42,000 nt of DNA, taken from the IMG/VR virus record IMGVR_UViG_3300019124_000014, positions 1 to 42,000 of that record; one strand, written 5' to 3'. The translations under genes were made by a program, and so were the position numbers. The notes under the pieces were generated by a model that made no database searches, had not been told where the DNA came from, and worked only from the letters and a program-made list of their open reading frames with translations. The stretch comes from a virus (Duplodnaviria > Caudoviricetes). This document shows positions 33,675 through 42,000 of this stretch, in pieces; within the stretch, counting starts at the first letter, position 1; every line of letters starts with the position of its first letter.

Positions 33675-34026
33675 CGGGAGGCACCACACCGGGTTCATGG
33701 ACGGGTCGCCTATCCGGGCCGAGCAAAACAACGATGGCGTGACGCCGCACGTTGGCGCTGATGGCGAAGTGGTGTTTGCGGAAAGTGCTGACCAAACCGG
33801 CACGATCACTGTCACATACAAGCACACCAGCCCGGCGTTGGCGCACGTCCGGCAGTTGTACAAAGCCCGCAAAACCTTCCCGATCATGCTGGACGACCAA
33901 AACGATCCGCGAGTGCGCGTTGGGGGCACAGAGGCGCGTGTACTCAAAATGCCGCCGTTGGAGCGCGGTACGGAAGTGACAGGTGTTGAAGTGCAATATT
34001 TCGTGGCGGACTATGACCAACGATAA
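33625..34026 (+). CDS. Tail tube protein (DUF3277-like)
   Basis: YDFKKVSLIVDG, VGADGE and GTITVTYKHTSP motifs. Confidence 0.88.
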   Translation: MAKSKSYDFKKVSLIVDGRHHTGFMDGSPIRAEQNNDGVTPHVGADGEVVFAESADQTGTITVTYKHTSPALAHVRQLYKARKTFPIMLDDQNDPRVRVGGTEARVLKMPPLERGTEVTGVEVQYFVADYDQR

Positions 34027-34054
34027 AAACCAGGACATTTTGGAGGGGTAAACA

Positions 34055-34324
34055 ATGAGTCAACGCAAGAATCCATTCATGCCTACGAAAAAATTCAAAA
34101 GTGAGATTTCCGGCGTGGAATACACGCTGCAAAAAGTCGCGCCGCGTCCCTGGCTGAAACTGATGGACGAGTGGGACGACAAAGGCAAAACCAACGAAAA
34201 GCTTACCGAGATCGTATTCGAGCATGTCGTGGTTGATCCGAAGGTGAGCATTGACGATTTCGAGGACTACGCCGAGGTAGAAGAGTTGTCCATGGCGGCG
34301 TACCGATTTCAACGCGGAAAATGA
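34055..34324 (+). CDS. Tail assembly chaperone (G)
   Basis: Between tube and tape measure; EHVVVDPKV. Confidence 0.75.
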   Translation: MSQRKNPFMPTKKFKSEISGVEYTLQKVAPRPWLKLMDEWDDKGKTNEKLTEIVFEHVVVDPKVSIDDFEDYAEVEELSMAAYRFQRGK

Positions 34325-34328
34325 TGAA

Positions 34329-34538
34329 TTGTTGGGCCTCTCTAGCATTTACGATGTGGGGGAGGCCCACATTCGCAATGCCAACCTGTTTTGGTGGGCG
34401 TATGTGATAGCGCAGGAATTTCCGGGAATCAATCCCCATGATGTGAAAGAGTGGTCGCCCGACGACATTTTGGAAACGCTGGCGCGGATCATGCTTGTAG
34501 ATAGTCACCGGAAAGAGCCGGTCTACAAACCAAAGTAA
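34329..34538 (+). CDS. Tail assembly chaperone extension (T), probably expressed by frameshift
   Basis: +1 frame is open across the upstream stop; no RBS; DVKEWSPDDILE resembles gpT-type motifs. Confidence 0.55.
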   Translation: MLGLSSIYDVGEAHIRNANLFWWAYVIAQEFPGINPHDVKEWSPDDILETLARIMLVDSHRKEPVYKPK

Positions 34539-34550
34539 GGGGGTGAGGAC

Positions 34551-36464
34551 TTGGAGACATTGCGCGATTTGATCGTCAAGATTGATTTTGACAACGTTGA
34601 CCTAAAGACGCTGGCCCGCGTGGATTCGCTCATTGACGAGATTGAGGATTCGCTTTCTGACATGGGCCATGAGATCATCGAGGCTGCCGGTGAGTTTGCC
34701 ACGCTGGGGGAAGTCGCGGAAACGGCCTTGCACGACATTCAACGCGAATCACTCATTGCCAGCGCAACCGTTGACAGGCTGGGCGACAAATTTGGATGGG
34801 CGACGGTGAAGGCGACGGCGTTGGGTGTTGCTATAACGAGCCTGCTGGCCATGACGGTCGCCGCCTCCGGACCGACGTTGGCCGCAATCGGAGCGCTGGG
34901 AGCATCATTCCTTGCAGCAGGGGCGGGCGCTGCTGCGTTCGGTGCGGTTGCCATCGGTGCGCTGGCGCAGGTGTTTGAAACAGCCAAGGAGATCGAAAAG
35001 CTGGAAGAAAAGGCGGCCAACGCAAAGACGTCGAAGGAGCGGGCCGCCGCGCTGAAAGAATTGGCTAGTGTGTATGCGGGCATCAGCGAGGAACAGAGGG
35101 CCGCGCTGCAAAGCCTGCAATCGTTCAAGGACTTCTGGCGCGGGTTCGTAAAAGGTTTCGAGAAGCCGGTTTTCAAAATGTTCACCTACGGGCTGAAAGG
35201 CGTGCAAACACTCCTGACCAAGCTGGAACCGACCATTTCCGGCGTAGCTGATTTATTCGGGAATCTGGCCCGCAGCTTAAGCGAAAAAATGGAGGGGTAT
35301 GGCGCGTTCAAGTTCTTCAAGTGGCTGGAAGCAAACGCGGTGGACAGTCTGAAAAACCTTATGGCCACGTTCGGCAACTTTGGAGCCGGATTTCTCAACC
35401 TGCTGCGTGCGTTCGATCCGATCATGGACGACGTAGAAAAAGGCTTCCTGGGCATGAGCGAGGGGTTTAAGAAGTGGACCGACGGCCTTGGCAAAAACAA
35501 GTCATTCCAGAGTTTCATCGAGTACGCAAAGGTCAATGGCCCGGTGTTCATGGATGTGCTGGGGAATCTGGCGACGATTGCGGGGTTGCTGATTAAGGAG
35601 TTGGCACCAATCGGAACGGTGGTGCTGGACGGATTCAAAGCGACGACGGGCTTCATCATCGACAATTGGGGCGCAGTCAAGGATACGGTGATAGCTGCCG
35701 GGGCCGCCGTAGGAACGTTTATCGGGCTTGTGAAGGGCTTGCAGATCATCGGGGGTATTGTCCAACTGGTGAAGGTGTGGAGAACCGGCACGCTTACGCT
35801 GACAGCCGCACAGTGGGCCATGAACGGCGCGTTGTTGGCCAATCCTCTGACTTGGATTGTGGTACTCATTGCCGGTGTCGTTGCCGCAGGTGTCGCCCTG
35901 TACCGCAATTGGGATACCGTCAAGGCAAAGGCAATCGAGTTGTGGGGCGCGTTGAAGGAGAAATTCGCTGCGATCAAAGACGCAGTAATGGACAAACTGC
36001 AACCGGTGTTTGACTTCTTTGGTCGTCTGGCCGACAAGTGGAACGCATTCAAGGATTCGATCATGTCATTCAAAATGCCGAGTTTCGGCCTGCCGAAGTG
36101 GATGGGCGGAAACGGGCTGATTCAGCCGGACGGATCACACGCAAGCGGGCTGGCCGAGGTCAAAAAGGACGGATATATCGCGGAGTTGCACAAAGGGGAA
36201 AGCGTCCTGACCGCGAGGCAATCCAACGCATTGCGGCAGGCGGGTGTGCTGGGGGAAAATGCCGGGAAGCCGACAATTGACCTGAGCAGGGCCGCAGCCG
36301 CGCCGAGCAAGACAAGCAATGTCACGACGGTTGCGCCAAGCATTGCCATTCACATCCACAACGGAGCGGGTGGCCAGCCGTTGGATGAAAACAAAATCGT
36401 TGAGATTACCAAGCGAGAATTAGCGGCCCTGTTCGAGAATTTGGCCGTCAAGTTCGGCAGCTAG
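34551..36464 (+). CDS. Tape measure protein
   Basis: Ala/Gly-rich helical repeats; LANPLTWIV; LYRNWDTVK; GSHASGL...AELHKGESVLTA. Confidence 0.92.
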   Translation: METLRDLIVKIDFDNVDLKTLARVDSLIDEIEDSLSDMGHEIIEAAGEFATLGEVAETALHDIQRESLIASATVDRLGDKFGWATVKATALGVAITSLLAMTVAASGPTLAAIGALGASFLAAGAGAAAFGAVAIGALAQVFETAKEIEKLEEKAANAKTSKERAAALKELASVYAGISEEQRAALQSLQSFKDFWRGFVKGFEKPVFKMFTYGLKGVQTLLTKLEPTISGVADLFGNLARSLSEKMEGYGAFKFFKWLEANAVDSLKNLMATFGNFGAGFLNLLRAFDPIMDDVEKGFLGMSEGFKKWTDGLGKNKSFQSFIEYAKVNGPVFMDVLGNLATIAGLLIKELAPIGTVVLDGFKATTGFIIDNWGAVKDTVIAAGAAVGTFIGLVKGLQIIGGIVQLVKVWRTGTLTLTAAQWAMNGALLANPLTWIVVLIAGVVAAGVALYRNWDTVKAKAIELWGALKEKFAAIKDAVMDKLQPVFDFFGRLADKWNAFKDSIMSFKMPSFGLPKWMGGNGLIQPDGSHASGLAEVKKDGYIAELHKGESVLTARQSNALRQAGVLGENAGKPTIDLSRAAAAPSKTSNVTTVAPSIAIHIHNGAGGQPLDENKIVEITKRELAALFENLAVKFGS

Positions 36465-36475
36465 GGGGTGCAGGC

Positions 36476-36961
36476 GTGGCATTATTGGGCGGGGTTTTGC
36501 TGAACGTCGTCTACGCAGACAAACCGGACCGACAGACAACCGTTTCGCAGCATCCGATTGAGGACGGAAACAGCGTTGCGGATCATGTGGAGAGAAAGCC
36601 GCTAGTGTTGAGCATTAGCGGCGTTGTCACCGGGCCGGATGCAGCAAGCAGACTGACAAAGCTGGAAGATATGCAAAAAAAGGGCCAACTGCTCACATAC
36701 ACCAATCGCGTGCGATACGACAACCTGGTCATTGAGAGTTTTGGCACAGAGCATGGCAAAGAAGTCGCCAACGGGTTTCTGTTTTCAATGACGTTGGTTC
36801 GCGTGCGGATCACGCAGGCGTCGCCGGTAAAGGGCATGGCGTTGCCGCAGCGCGTTCAATCCAAGCCGGTGACAAACAAAGGGCGGCAGCAAACAAAAAA
36901 AGGGCCGCCTTCGCCGATGGATCGCCGCGCGGAATTTCTGAGAAATAAAGGGTTAGAGTGA
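36476..36961 (+). CDS. Tail tube initiator / Dit-like baseplate protein
   Basis: VSQHPIEDGNSVADHV motif. Confidence 0.8.
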   Translation: MALLGGVLLNVVYADKPDRQTTVSQHPIEDGNSVADHVERKPLVLSISGVVTGPDAASRLTKLEDMQKKGQLLTYTNRVRYDNLVIESFGTEHGKEVANGFLFSMTLVRVRITQASPVKGMALPQRVQSKPVTNKGRQQTKKGPPSPMDRRAEFLRNKGLE

Positions 36962-36962
36962 G

Positions 36963-37295
36963 GTGGCGGGCGTGGAGTACATAGAGATTGACGTGGAGGA
37001 AATCCCGTTTCGTTGCGAAATCGACTTGGCCGGAGAAATTTTCACGCTGGAATTTCACTACAACCACGATTTCGATTTCTTCACCGTTGATATTGAGCGG
37101 GACGGCAACGTGCTTGTGTACGGCGAAAAATTGGTCATTGGAAGGCCGTTGTTTTCTTCCCTGACAGATTCCCGGCTGCCGAAAATGCAACTGATTCCAA
37201 AGGATTTGAGCGGCCAAGCAGCGCGTGTCGGATGGGACGAATTGGGCACAACCGTTTTCCTGATGGTGGAGCCGCCGGGAAGTGAATCCGCATGA
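36963..37295 (+). CDS. Baseplate plug-like protein
   Basis: LEFHYNHDFDFFTVDI...GEKLVIGRPLF; synteny. Confidence 0.75.
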   Translation: MAGVEYIEIDVEEIPFRCEIDLAGEIFTLEFHYNHDFDFFTVDIERDGNVLVYGEKLVIGRPLFSSLTDSRLPKMQLIPKDLSGQAARVGWDELGTTVFLMVEPPGSESA

Positions 37296-38131
37296 TAGGG
37301 GCATTGTACGGTCGGCAGATCGAATTGATTGCAGGCAACAAGCGATTCGTGAGCGGATTGGGGAAAGATGGGCCAACCATCCAGTTTGACATACCATTTG
37401 ACGACGGGAAGGAGCCGAACGTGGCAACGATCACCGTCTACAACCTATCTGACCAATCTATTCTTGCCATCAAGAAGGATACGCCAATTGTGCTGAATGC
37501 GGGCTACCAAGGCGACGTTGGCGCGTTGTTGCTTGGGTTCGTGGAGAAGGCGAAAACCGAATGGCAAGGCGTTGACAAGGCGACAAAGATTCAAGTGGTG
37601 GACGGTAACGGGCAATGGCTGAGATTACCCGTCAAAAAGACGTACAAGCCCGGCATAACCGGAAAAGCCATCCTCAACGACCTGCTGGCGCAATGCGGCC
37701 TGCATATCGGAGCGCTTAACCTGCCGAACGACCGTAAATATCTTGGCGGGAAAACGATCAACGCACCTCTTTCAAGGGCGATTGCACAGGTAGCTGCTGA
37801 TTGCGGAGCAAAGGCGCATGTCACGCGGGGGAAAATCTTTATTCGGCCCAAAAACGAGGGGCAGCCTATCGGTTTTGTGATCGACAAGGACCATGGCTTG
37901 ATCGGAAGCCCGACGCCGATTGAGACAACCGAAACCATTAAGATTCCCGACGCGAAGGACAAGAAGGTGACGCGCCAAGGCTGGAAAGTTGTTTCACTGC
38001 TCAATCACCGGATCACGACCGATGCCATCGTGCAGATCAAGAGTAAGACGGCAAACGGTCTTTTCCGGGTCGAGAAAGGCCGACACGACGGCACATCATT
38101 CTATACGGAAATGGAGGTGTACCCGGTATGA
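37292..38131 (+). CDS. Baseplate hub protein
   Basis: ATITVYNLS, LNAGY, GLIGSP and SLLNHRI motifs. Confidence 0.82.
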   Translation: MIGALYGRQIELIAGNKRFVSGLGKDGPTIQFDIPFDDGKEPNVATITVYNLSDQSILAIKKDTPIVLNAGYQGDVGALLLGFVEKAKTEWQGVDKATKIQVVDGNGQWLRLPVKKTYKPGITGKAILNDLLAQCGLHIGALNLPNDRKYLGGKTINAPLSRAIAQVAADCGAKAHVTRGKIFIRPKNEGQPIGFVIDKDHGLIGSPTPIETTETIKIPDAKDKKVTRQGWKVVSLLNHRITTDAIVQIKSKTANGLFRVEKGRHDGTSFYTEMEVYPV

Positions 38132-38721
38132 GTGAGCCAGAAAAGTTTTTCGATGATTTTGCGAATAGCTTGATTTCCGGCATACACACGTCCGCTATTG
38201 GCCAGATCGAGGCATACGACGCGGAAAAGCTAATGGCCGACGTAAAGTTGTTGCCGGACGGAGACTTGATTACCGCCGTTCCGGTGGCCGACTTACAAAC
38301 GGGCAGGTACATCATTCGGACGCCGTATAAGCGCGGGGATTATGTGTTGATTTCCTTCTGTATGCGGGACATTGACGGCATCCTGCATGGTGACAGCGCA
38401 CCGCCATCCAGCCGCATGTTGGACGTCAATGACGCCGTAGTGGTGTGCGGGATCAACCTGTTTACCCGGCCACTCCCAAAACAGGCGATTGACACGAATG
38501 ACGGCGGCAAGGTGACGCCGATCAATCCGGGCGATTTGCTGATTGCATCCAAGGACATGAAGGATCGGATTGTTTTGACGGAAGCAGGCGGCATCAAAAT
38601 GTACAGCGACAACCAAAACGGGGTTGAGATCGTCGCGCCGATGGGCGTTACTTTCCGGGCCGACAATCCGGCAGGGCGGGGCGTGCGGATCATCGGCAAG
38701 CAAGGGAGTGAATCGTGGTGA
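38128..38721 (+). CDS. Baseplate spike, Gp138/gpV-like
   Basis: PYKRGDYVLISFCMRDID...RMLDVNDAVV. Confidence 0.85.
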   Translation: MSEPEKFFDDFANSLISGIHTSAIGQIEAYDAEKLMADVKLLPDGDLITAVPVADLQTGRYIIRTPYKRGDYVLISFCMRDIDGILHGDSAPPSSRMLDVNDAVVVCGINLFTRPLPKQAIDTNDGGKVTPINPGDLLIASKDMKDRIVLTEAGGIKMYSDNQNGVEIVAPMGVTFRADNPAGRGVRIIGKQGSESW

Positions 38722-39071
38722 TTGATTTCAAAGTGGACGCAACCGGCGACCTGGTATTTGACGGACAAAATGACCTTGAGTTGGTCGAAGGCGACGACGA
38801 GTTAATGCAATGCGTGGCCGACATTCTGACAACGAACCTGGGGGAATGGTTTCTCAATCCCGAAGGTCACGGCTTCCCGCGTTATGAGGTGTTGGGCGAA
38901 AAGTTCAACCGGGAGGAAATCACCGAGAGGTTGGTGGCTGCCGTTTTGCAGGAGGACCGGGTGGAATCCGTCGAGGAAATCACATGGGAGTTTGACCGCA
39001 AAGAACGCAAGTTGTCCGGTTCATTCCGGGTTGTCAAACGAAACGGCGAAGTGGTAGAGGGGGGATTCTAG
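38715..39071 (+). CDS. Baseplate wedge / sheath initiator (gp25-like, DUF2634)
   Basis: GDLVF, TNLGEWFLN and DRVESV motifs. Confidence 0.85.
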   Translation: MVIDFKVDATGDLVFDGQNDLELVEGDDELMQCVADILTTNLGEWFLNPEGHGFPRYEVLGEKFNREEITERLVAAVLQEDRVESVEEITWEFDRKERKLSGSFRVVKRNGEVVEGGF

Positions 39072-39072
39072 C

Positions 39073-40257
39073 GTGCTGACGGCGCAGGGGTTTAAGCGGA
39101 AAAGCTACGAGGAATTTTTGGCTGAAATGCAGGAGCAAGCCCGGCAAGAGTTCGGGGCCAATGTCAACCTGTCTGACAGGTCGAAGCTGAGCAAATTGAT
39201 TAAGCTATGGGCCTATGCCCGCGCCGAAGAAAACGAGAAGGCAGAAGCGGTGTACAACGCCGGTTTCATTGATACGGCAGAGGGCGTAAGTCTTGACCGG
39301 GAAGTGGCGAAAATCGGCATTCGCCGCCGTCAAGAGCGTAAGGCGGAGGGGCAATTGAGCATAACCGTTGATCCGGGCACGACCGTTCCGGCGGGATTCA
39401 TGGCGGAGACACTTGGCGGAATCGTGTTCAAGACCGTTTCGCCGGTCACAGACAGCGACAACAACGGTGTAGTGGTAGCAGACATTGAAGCGGTAGAAGC
39501 CGGGGCGAGGGGTAACGTGCCAGTGAACACTATCACCAAGATCACCACACCGGCAGCCGGAGTGTTATCCGTTTCCAATGCGGCGCCGACAACAGGCGGG
39601 CAAGACGCCGAAACCGACGAGCAATTGCGAAAAAGGGCGTTGCAGCAAGGGGCGAAAGATGGACTGCCGACAGGCGACGGCATCCGGGCCACGATTTTGA
39701 AAGATGTTCCGGAGGTAAGGGCGGCAATCGTGGTAGAGAACGAGGGCGACGTGCCGGACGCAGACGGAAGGCCGCCTCATTCCGTGGAGGCCATCGTGCT
39801 TGGCGGTCAACCGCCGGACATTGCCAAAGCGATCCTGCGGGCAAAGGCGGCGGGCATCCGGGCATACGGATCAACGGTTGTCGTGGTACAGGACGCAAGC
39901 GGCAACAATCAGACAATTGGATTCAGTTACGCTCAACAGGTGGACGTTTGGGTGAAGGTGGACATTCGCACCAATAGCTTGTACCCGGCAAATGGGGCCG
40001 CGCTGATTCAACAGGAAATCGTGGAGTACATCGGCGGGCAAGACGCAAGCGGTAACTTCCATGACGGCCTCGGAATGGGCGAGGACGTTATCCAAGCCCA
40101 CCTTGTCGCGCTGTCGAAGCTGACCGCGCCGGGCGTCGTGGATGCAACAGTGACGATTTCGACGGATGGAACCAACTACGCCGCCGCCAACGTATCAATT
40201 GATCCGAAGAAAGTTGCACAAACAGCGCCGGGCAAGGTGGTGGTTAACATTGTCTGA
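39073..40257 (+). CDS. Baseplate J/gp47-like wedge protein
   Basis: TAEGVSLD, GGQDAETDEQLRKR, PPHSVEAIV and KAAGIRAYG motifs. Confidence 0.92.
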   Translation: MLTAQGFKRKSYEEFLAEMQEQARQEFGANVNLSDRSKLSKLIKLWAYARAEENEKAEAVYNAGFIDTAEGVSLDREVAKIGIRRRQERKAEGQLSITVDPGTTVPAGFMAETLGGIVFKTVSPVTDSDNNGVVVADIEAVEAGARGNVPVNTITKITTPAAGVLSVSNAAPTTGGQDAETDEQLRKRALQQGAKDGLPTGDGIRATILKDVPEVRAAIVVENEGDVPDADGRPPHSVEAIVLGGQPPDIAKAILRAKAAGIRAYGSTVVVVQDASGNNQTIGFSYAQQVDVWVKVDIRTNSLYPANGAALIQQEIVEYIGGQDASGNFHDGLGMGEDVIQAHLVALSKLTAPGVVDATVTISTDGTNYAAANVSIDPKKVAQTAPGKVVVNIV

Positions 40258-41473
40258 TGTGCTGCAAAAGTTTTGGGACAGATTGACCGACAATTTCAAT
40301 AAGCATCCAAATTCAAACGTAAGCAAGCTGCTGAAAATTGCCGCCGCACACATCCAAGAGAACACCGACCTGCTGGACAAAATCGAAGAGTGGCGGGACG
40401 TTGACAAGGCAGAGGGGGCGGTGCTGGACCGGCACGGGCGCAACGTGAGGCAGGAGCGCGGGCAGGCCACTGACGAGGTTTTTCGCGTTCTCATCAAGTC
40501 AAAGGTGCTGCGAAACTTTTCCAACGGGTCCATCGACACAATCATTGAGTTTCTGGCGTTCATTCTGCAAGTCGATCCGCAGGTGGTGAAGGTGCGGGAG
40601 TTGTGGCCGGATGATGATTGGTTGCTGCGGAATAACTTATTAGGTACTGATGGGAATTTCGAGGCAACAAACACCATGGCATACGGAGGCGGAACGGCAG
40701 CGCTGGACAGCACGCGAAAGACAACCGGAGCCAACAGTGTCAAGATTACAAAAACATCAACCGCAACAAACGTCGATCCTCTGGCCGCAAAACGCATTTA
40801 CCCGGCAGTTGGCGATTGTTACCTAGCAATTGCGGATGTGTACAACGAAAACGCCGCAACAAATGTGTACATGACTTCCTTGTCTACCGGAGTGACGCGC
40901 ACAGCAAAGGTCGTAACGTCAAATGTAACAGGATCGTATGCGGCGACTACGGTTGGAATATTTGTGCCAGTTGTCTATGCTTTCAAAGTAACTGCCGTTA
41001 CAACGCCCGGAGTGTCTTATATTTACCCGAGGATTCAACACACAGGCACATCCGGTCATGCGTTCAACGTGGATTCGTTCCGGATTTTCAAAATCACACA
41101 AGCGGAGTTTGATTCGTTTGTAACCGCGTCGAGCCTCGAAGTTTGCAAAGAAATTGCGAATAAATACCGCTATGTTGACGCCAATGTGGTGGCGTCCACT
41201 CCGGGCAGGTGGGCCGCGTTGCATGTGGACGTACCTGCCGGGGAAATTGCCAAGACCGGTCTTTCACTCAATCAGTTTGGCCGCCTTGTCAATGCGGTAA
41301 CGGCCCATGGGGTGAGGGCCGAAGTGTTGTTTGCCGGGACGTTCGCGTTTTCGTCCAACTACACGCAGGAGGAAATTGATCCTGCAACGGGTTTTGCGAG
41401 TGTGGACGGTACGCAGGGCGGTACATTGGGATACACATACGACCCAGAGCATGACGTGGAATTGCCAATTTAA
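40250..41473 (+). CDS. Baseplate wedge protein (DUF2612/gpI-like) carrying an internal beta-rich domain of about 200 aa
   Basis: WRDVDKAEGAVLDRHG...DEVFRVLIKSK N-terminus; AHGVR...GTFAFS...GGTLG C-terminus; NLLGTDGNFE-led insert; TTG start with AAGGTGGT RBS. Confidence 0.8.
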   Translation: MSDVLQKFWDRLTDNFNKHPNSNVSKLLKIAAAHIQENTDLLDKIEEWRDVDKAEGAVLDRHGRNVRQERGQATDEVFRVLIKSKVLRNFSNGSIDTIIEFLAFILQVDPQVVKVRELWPDDDWLLRNNLLGTDGNFEATNTMAYGGGTAALDSTRKTTGANSVKITKTSTATNVDPLAAKRIYPAVGDCYLAIADVYNENAATNVYMTSLSTGVTRTAKVVTSNVTGSYAATTVGIFVPVVYAFKVTAVTTPGVSYIYPRIQHTGTSGHAFNVDSFRIFKITQAEFDSFVTASSLEVCKEIANKYRYVDANVVASTPGRWAALHVDVPAGEIAKTGLSLNQFGRLVNAVTAHGVRAEVLFAGTFAFSSNYTQEEIDPATGFASVDGTQGGTLGYTYDPEHDVELPI

Positions 41474-41488
41474 CGGGGGTGTAAAGAC

Positions 41489-42000
41489 ATGCCATTCAAT
41501 TTCAAATTGCCGCAATGGAACAAGAGCGAACCTGATCCGCCGCAATCGAAACTGGATGCCGGATTCGGACCGGGAGAAAAGCCGTCTGCCTCTCTTTTCA
41601 ACTGGTTTTTCAACCTGGTATCCGCAGCGCTTTCTGAGATCAAAAACAACGGCGAAACGACGACAGGAGCACAGGCCAAGGTTGACGCTCACGCCAACAA
41701 CACAAGCATACACGTAACACCGGCAGACAAAACCCGGTGGGACGCTGCGGCGAATGCGAATCCGTCCATGTTCGCAAGTGTGAGCGTCAAAACTTCTACC
41801 GGGGCACAAAAAGGAAACAACTTGGCGGCAGATCAATCAGCAGACACATTGAACATCCAAGAAGGGTCGGCCATCATTATCACGCCGAACGACGCAACGG
41901 ACACCATGACAATCGCCGTTGACACCACGCAATTCGCACCGGCGGCACACGTTGGGGCCGGGGGAGCGGCACACGCGGTGGCGACGCAATCCGCCGCCGG
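41489..42000 (+). CDS. Tail fibre protein, N-terminal part (runs off the window end)
   Basis: LPQW...PPQSKLDAGF.PGEKP...FNWFF baseplate-anchor motif; AQAKVDAHANNTSIHVT; continues into the sequence seen at window start. Confidence 0.88.
   Translation, partial: MPFNFKLPQWNKSEPDPPQSKLDAGFGPGEKPSASLFNWFFNLVSAALSEIKNNGETTTGAQAKVDAHANNTSIHVTPADKTRWDAAANANPSMFASVSVKTSTGAQKGNNLAADQSADTLNIQEGSAIIITPNDATDTMTIAVDTTQFAPAAHVGAGGAAHAVATQSAA

Larger units (their letters stand above)
1..42000 (+). mobile_element. Near-complete myovirus-type bacteriophage genome of a spore-forming Bacillota host, circularly permuted in the tail-fibre gene
   Basis: Complete terminase-portal-capsid-sheath-tube-baseplate-fibre-lysis-replication gene set; no host housekeeping genes; both window ends lie in the same tail-fibre gene. 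Confidence 0.95.

Overview
Near-complete genome of a contractile-tailed (myovirus-type) phage of a spore-forming Bacillota host; the gene families suggest Brevibacillus/Paenibacillaceae, which is my inference. The window is circularly permuted inside the tail-fibre gene: nt 1-105 are identical to nt 41872-41976. Almost all genes lie on the + strand. Gene order: tail fibre/XkdW/XkdX, lysis (holin, GH25 endolysin, holin), an accessory region, YqaJ/RecT recombination, dUTPase, a peptide quorum-sensing cassette, DnaD/DnaC-type replication, RusA, a serine resolvase with a res site, then packaging, head, tail and baseplate genes. I found no integrase, divergent immunity repressor, relaxase or ParA/ParM. 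Highlights: (1) an arbitrium/Alo-like RRNPP receptor with an unannotated 29-aa pro-peptide (predicted mature signal DSGPGH) and two GTTGTA-N24/25-TACAAC operators; (2) a module of RHH protein, VirB2-like and VirB3-sized membrane proteins and a VirD4/FtsK-like ATPase behind mother-cell sigmaE-type promoters, with an antisense 22-aa membrane peptide behind a consensus forespore sigmaG promoter; (3) Spo0A-box clusters at key promoters; (4) several promoter-to-terminator structured small-RNA candidates, the best at about 22346-22585. All product calls come from motif recognition and synteny by eye; no searches were run.
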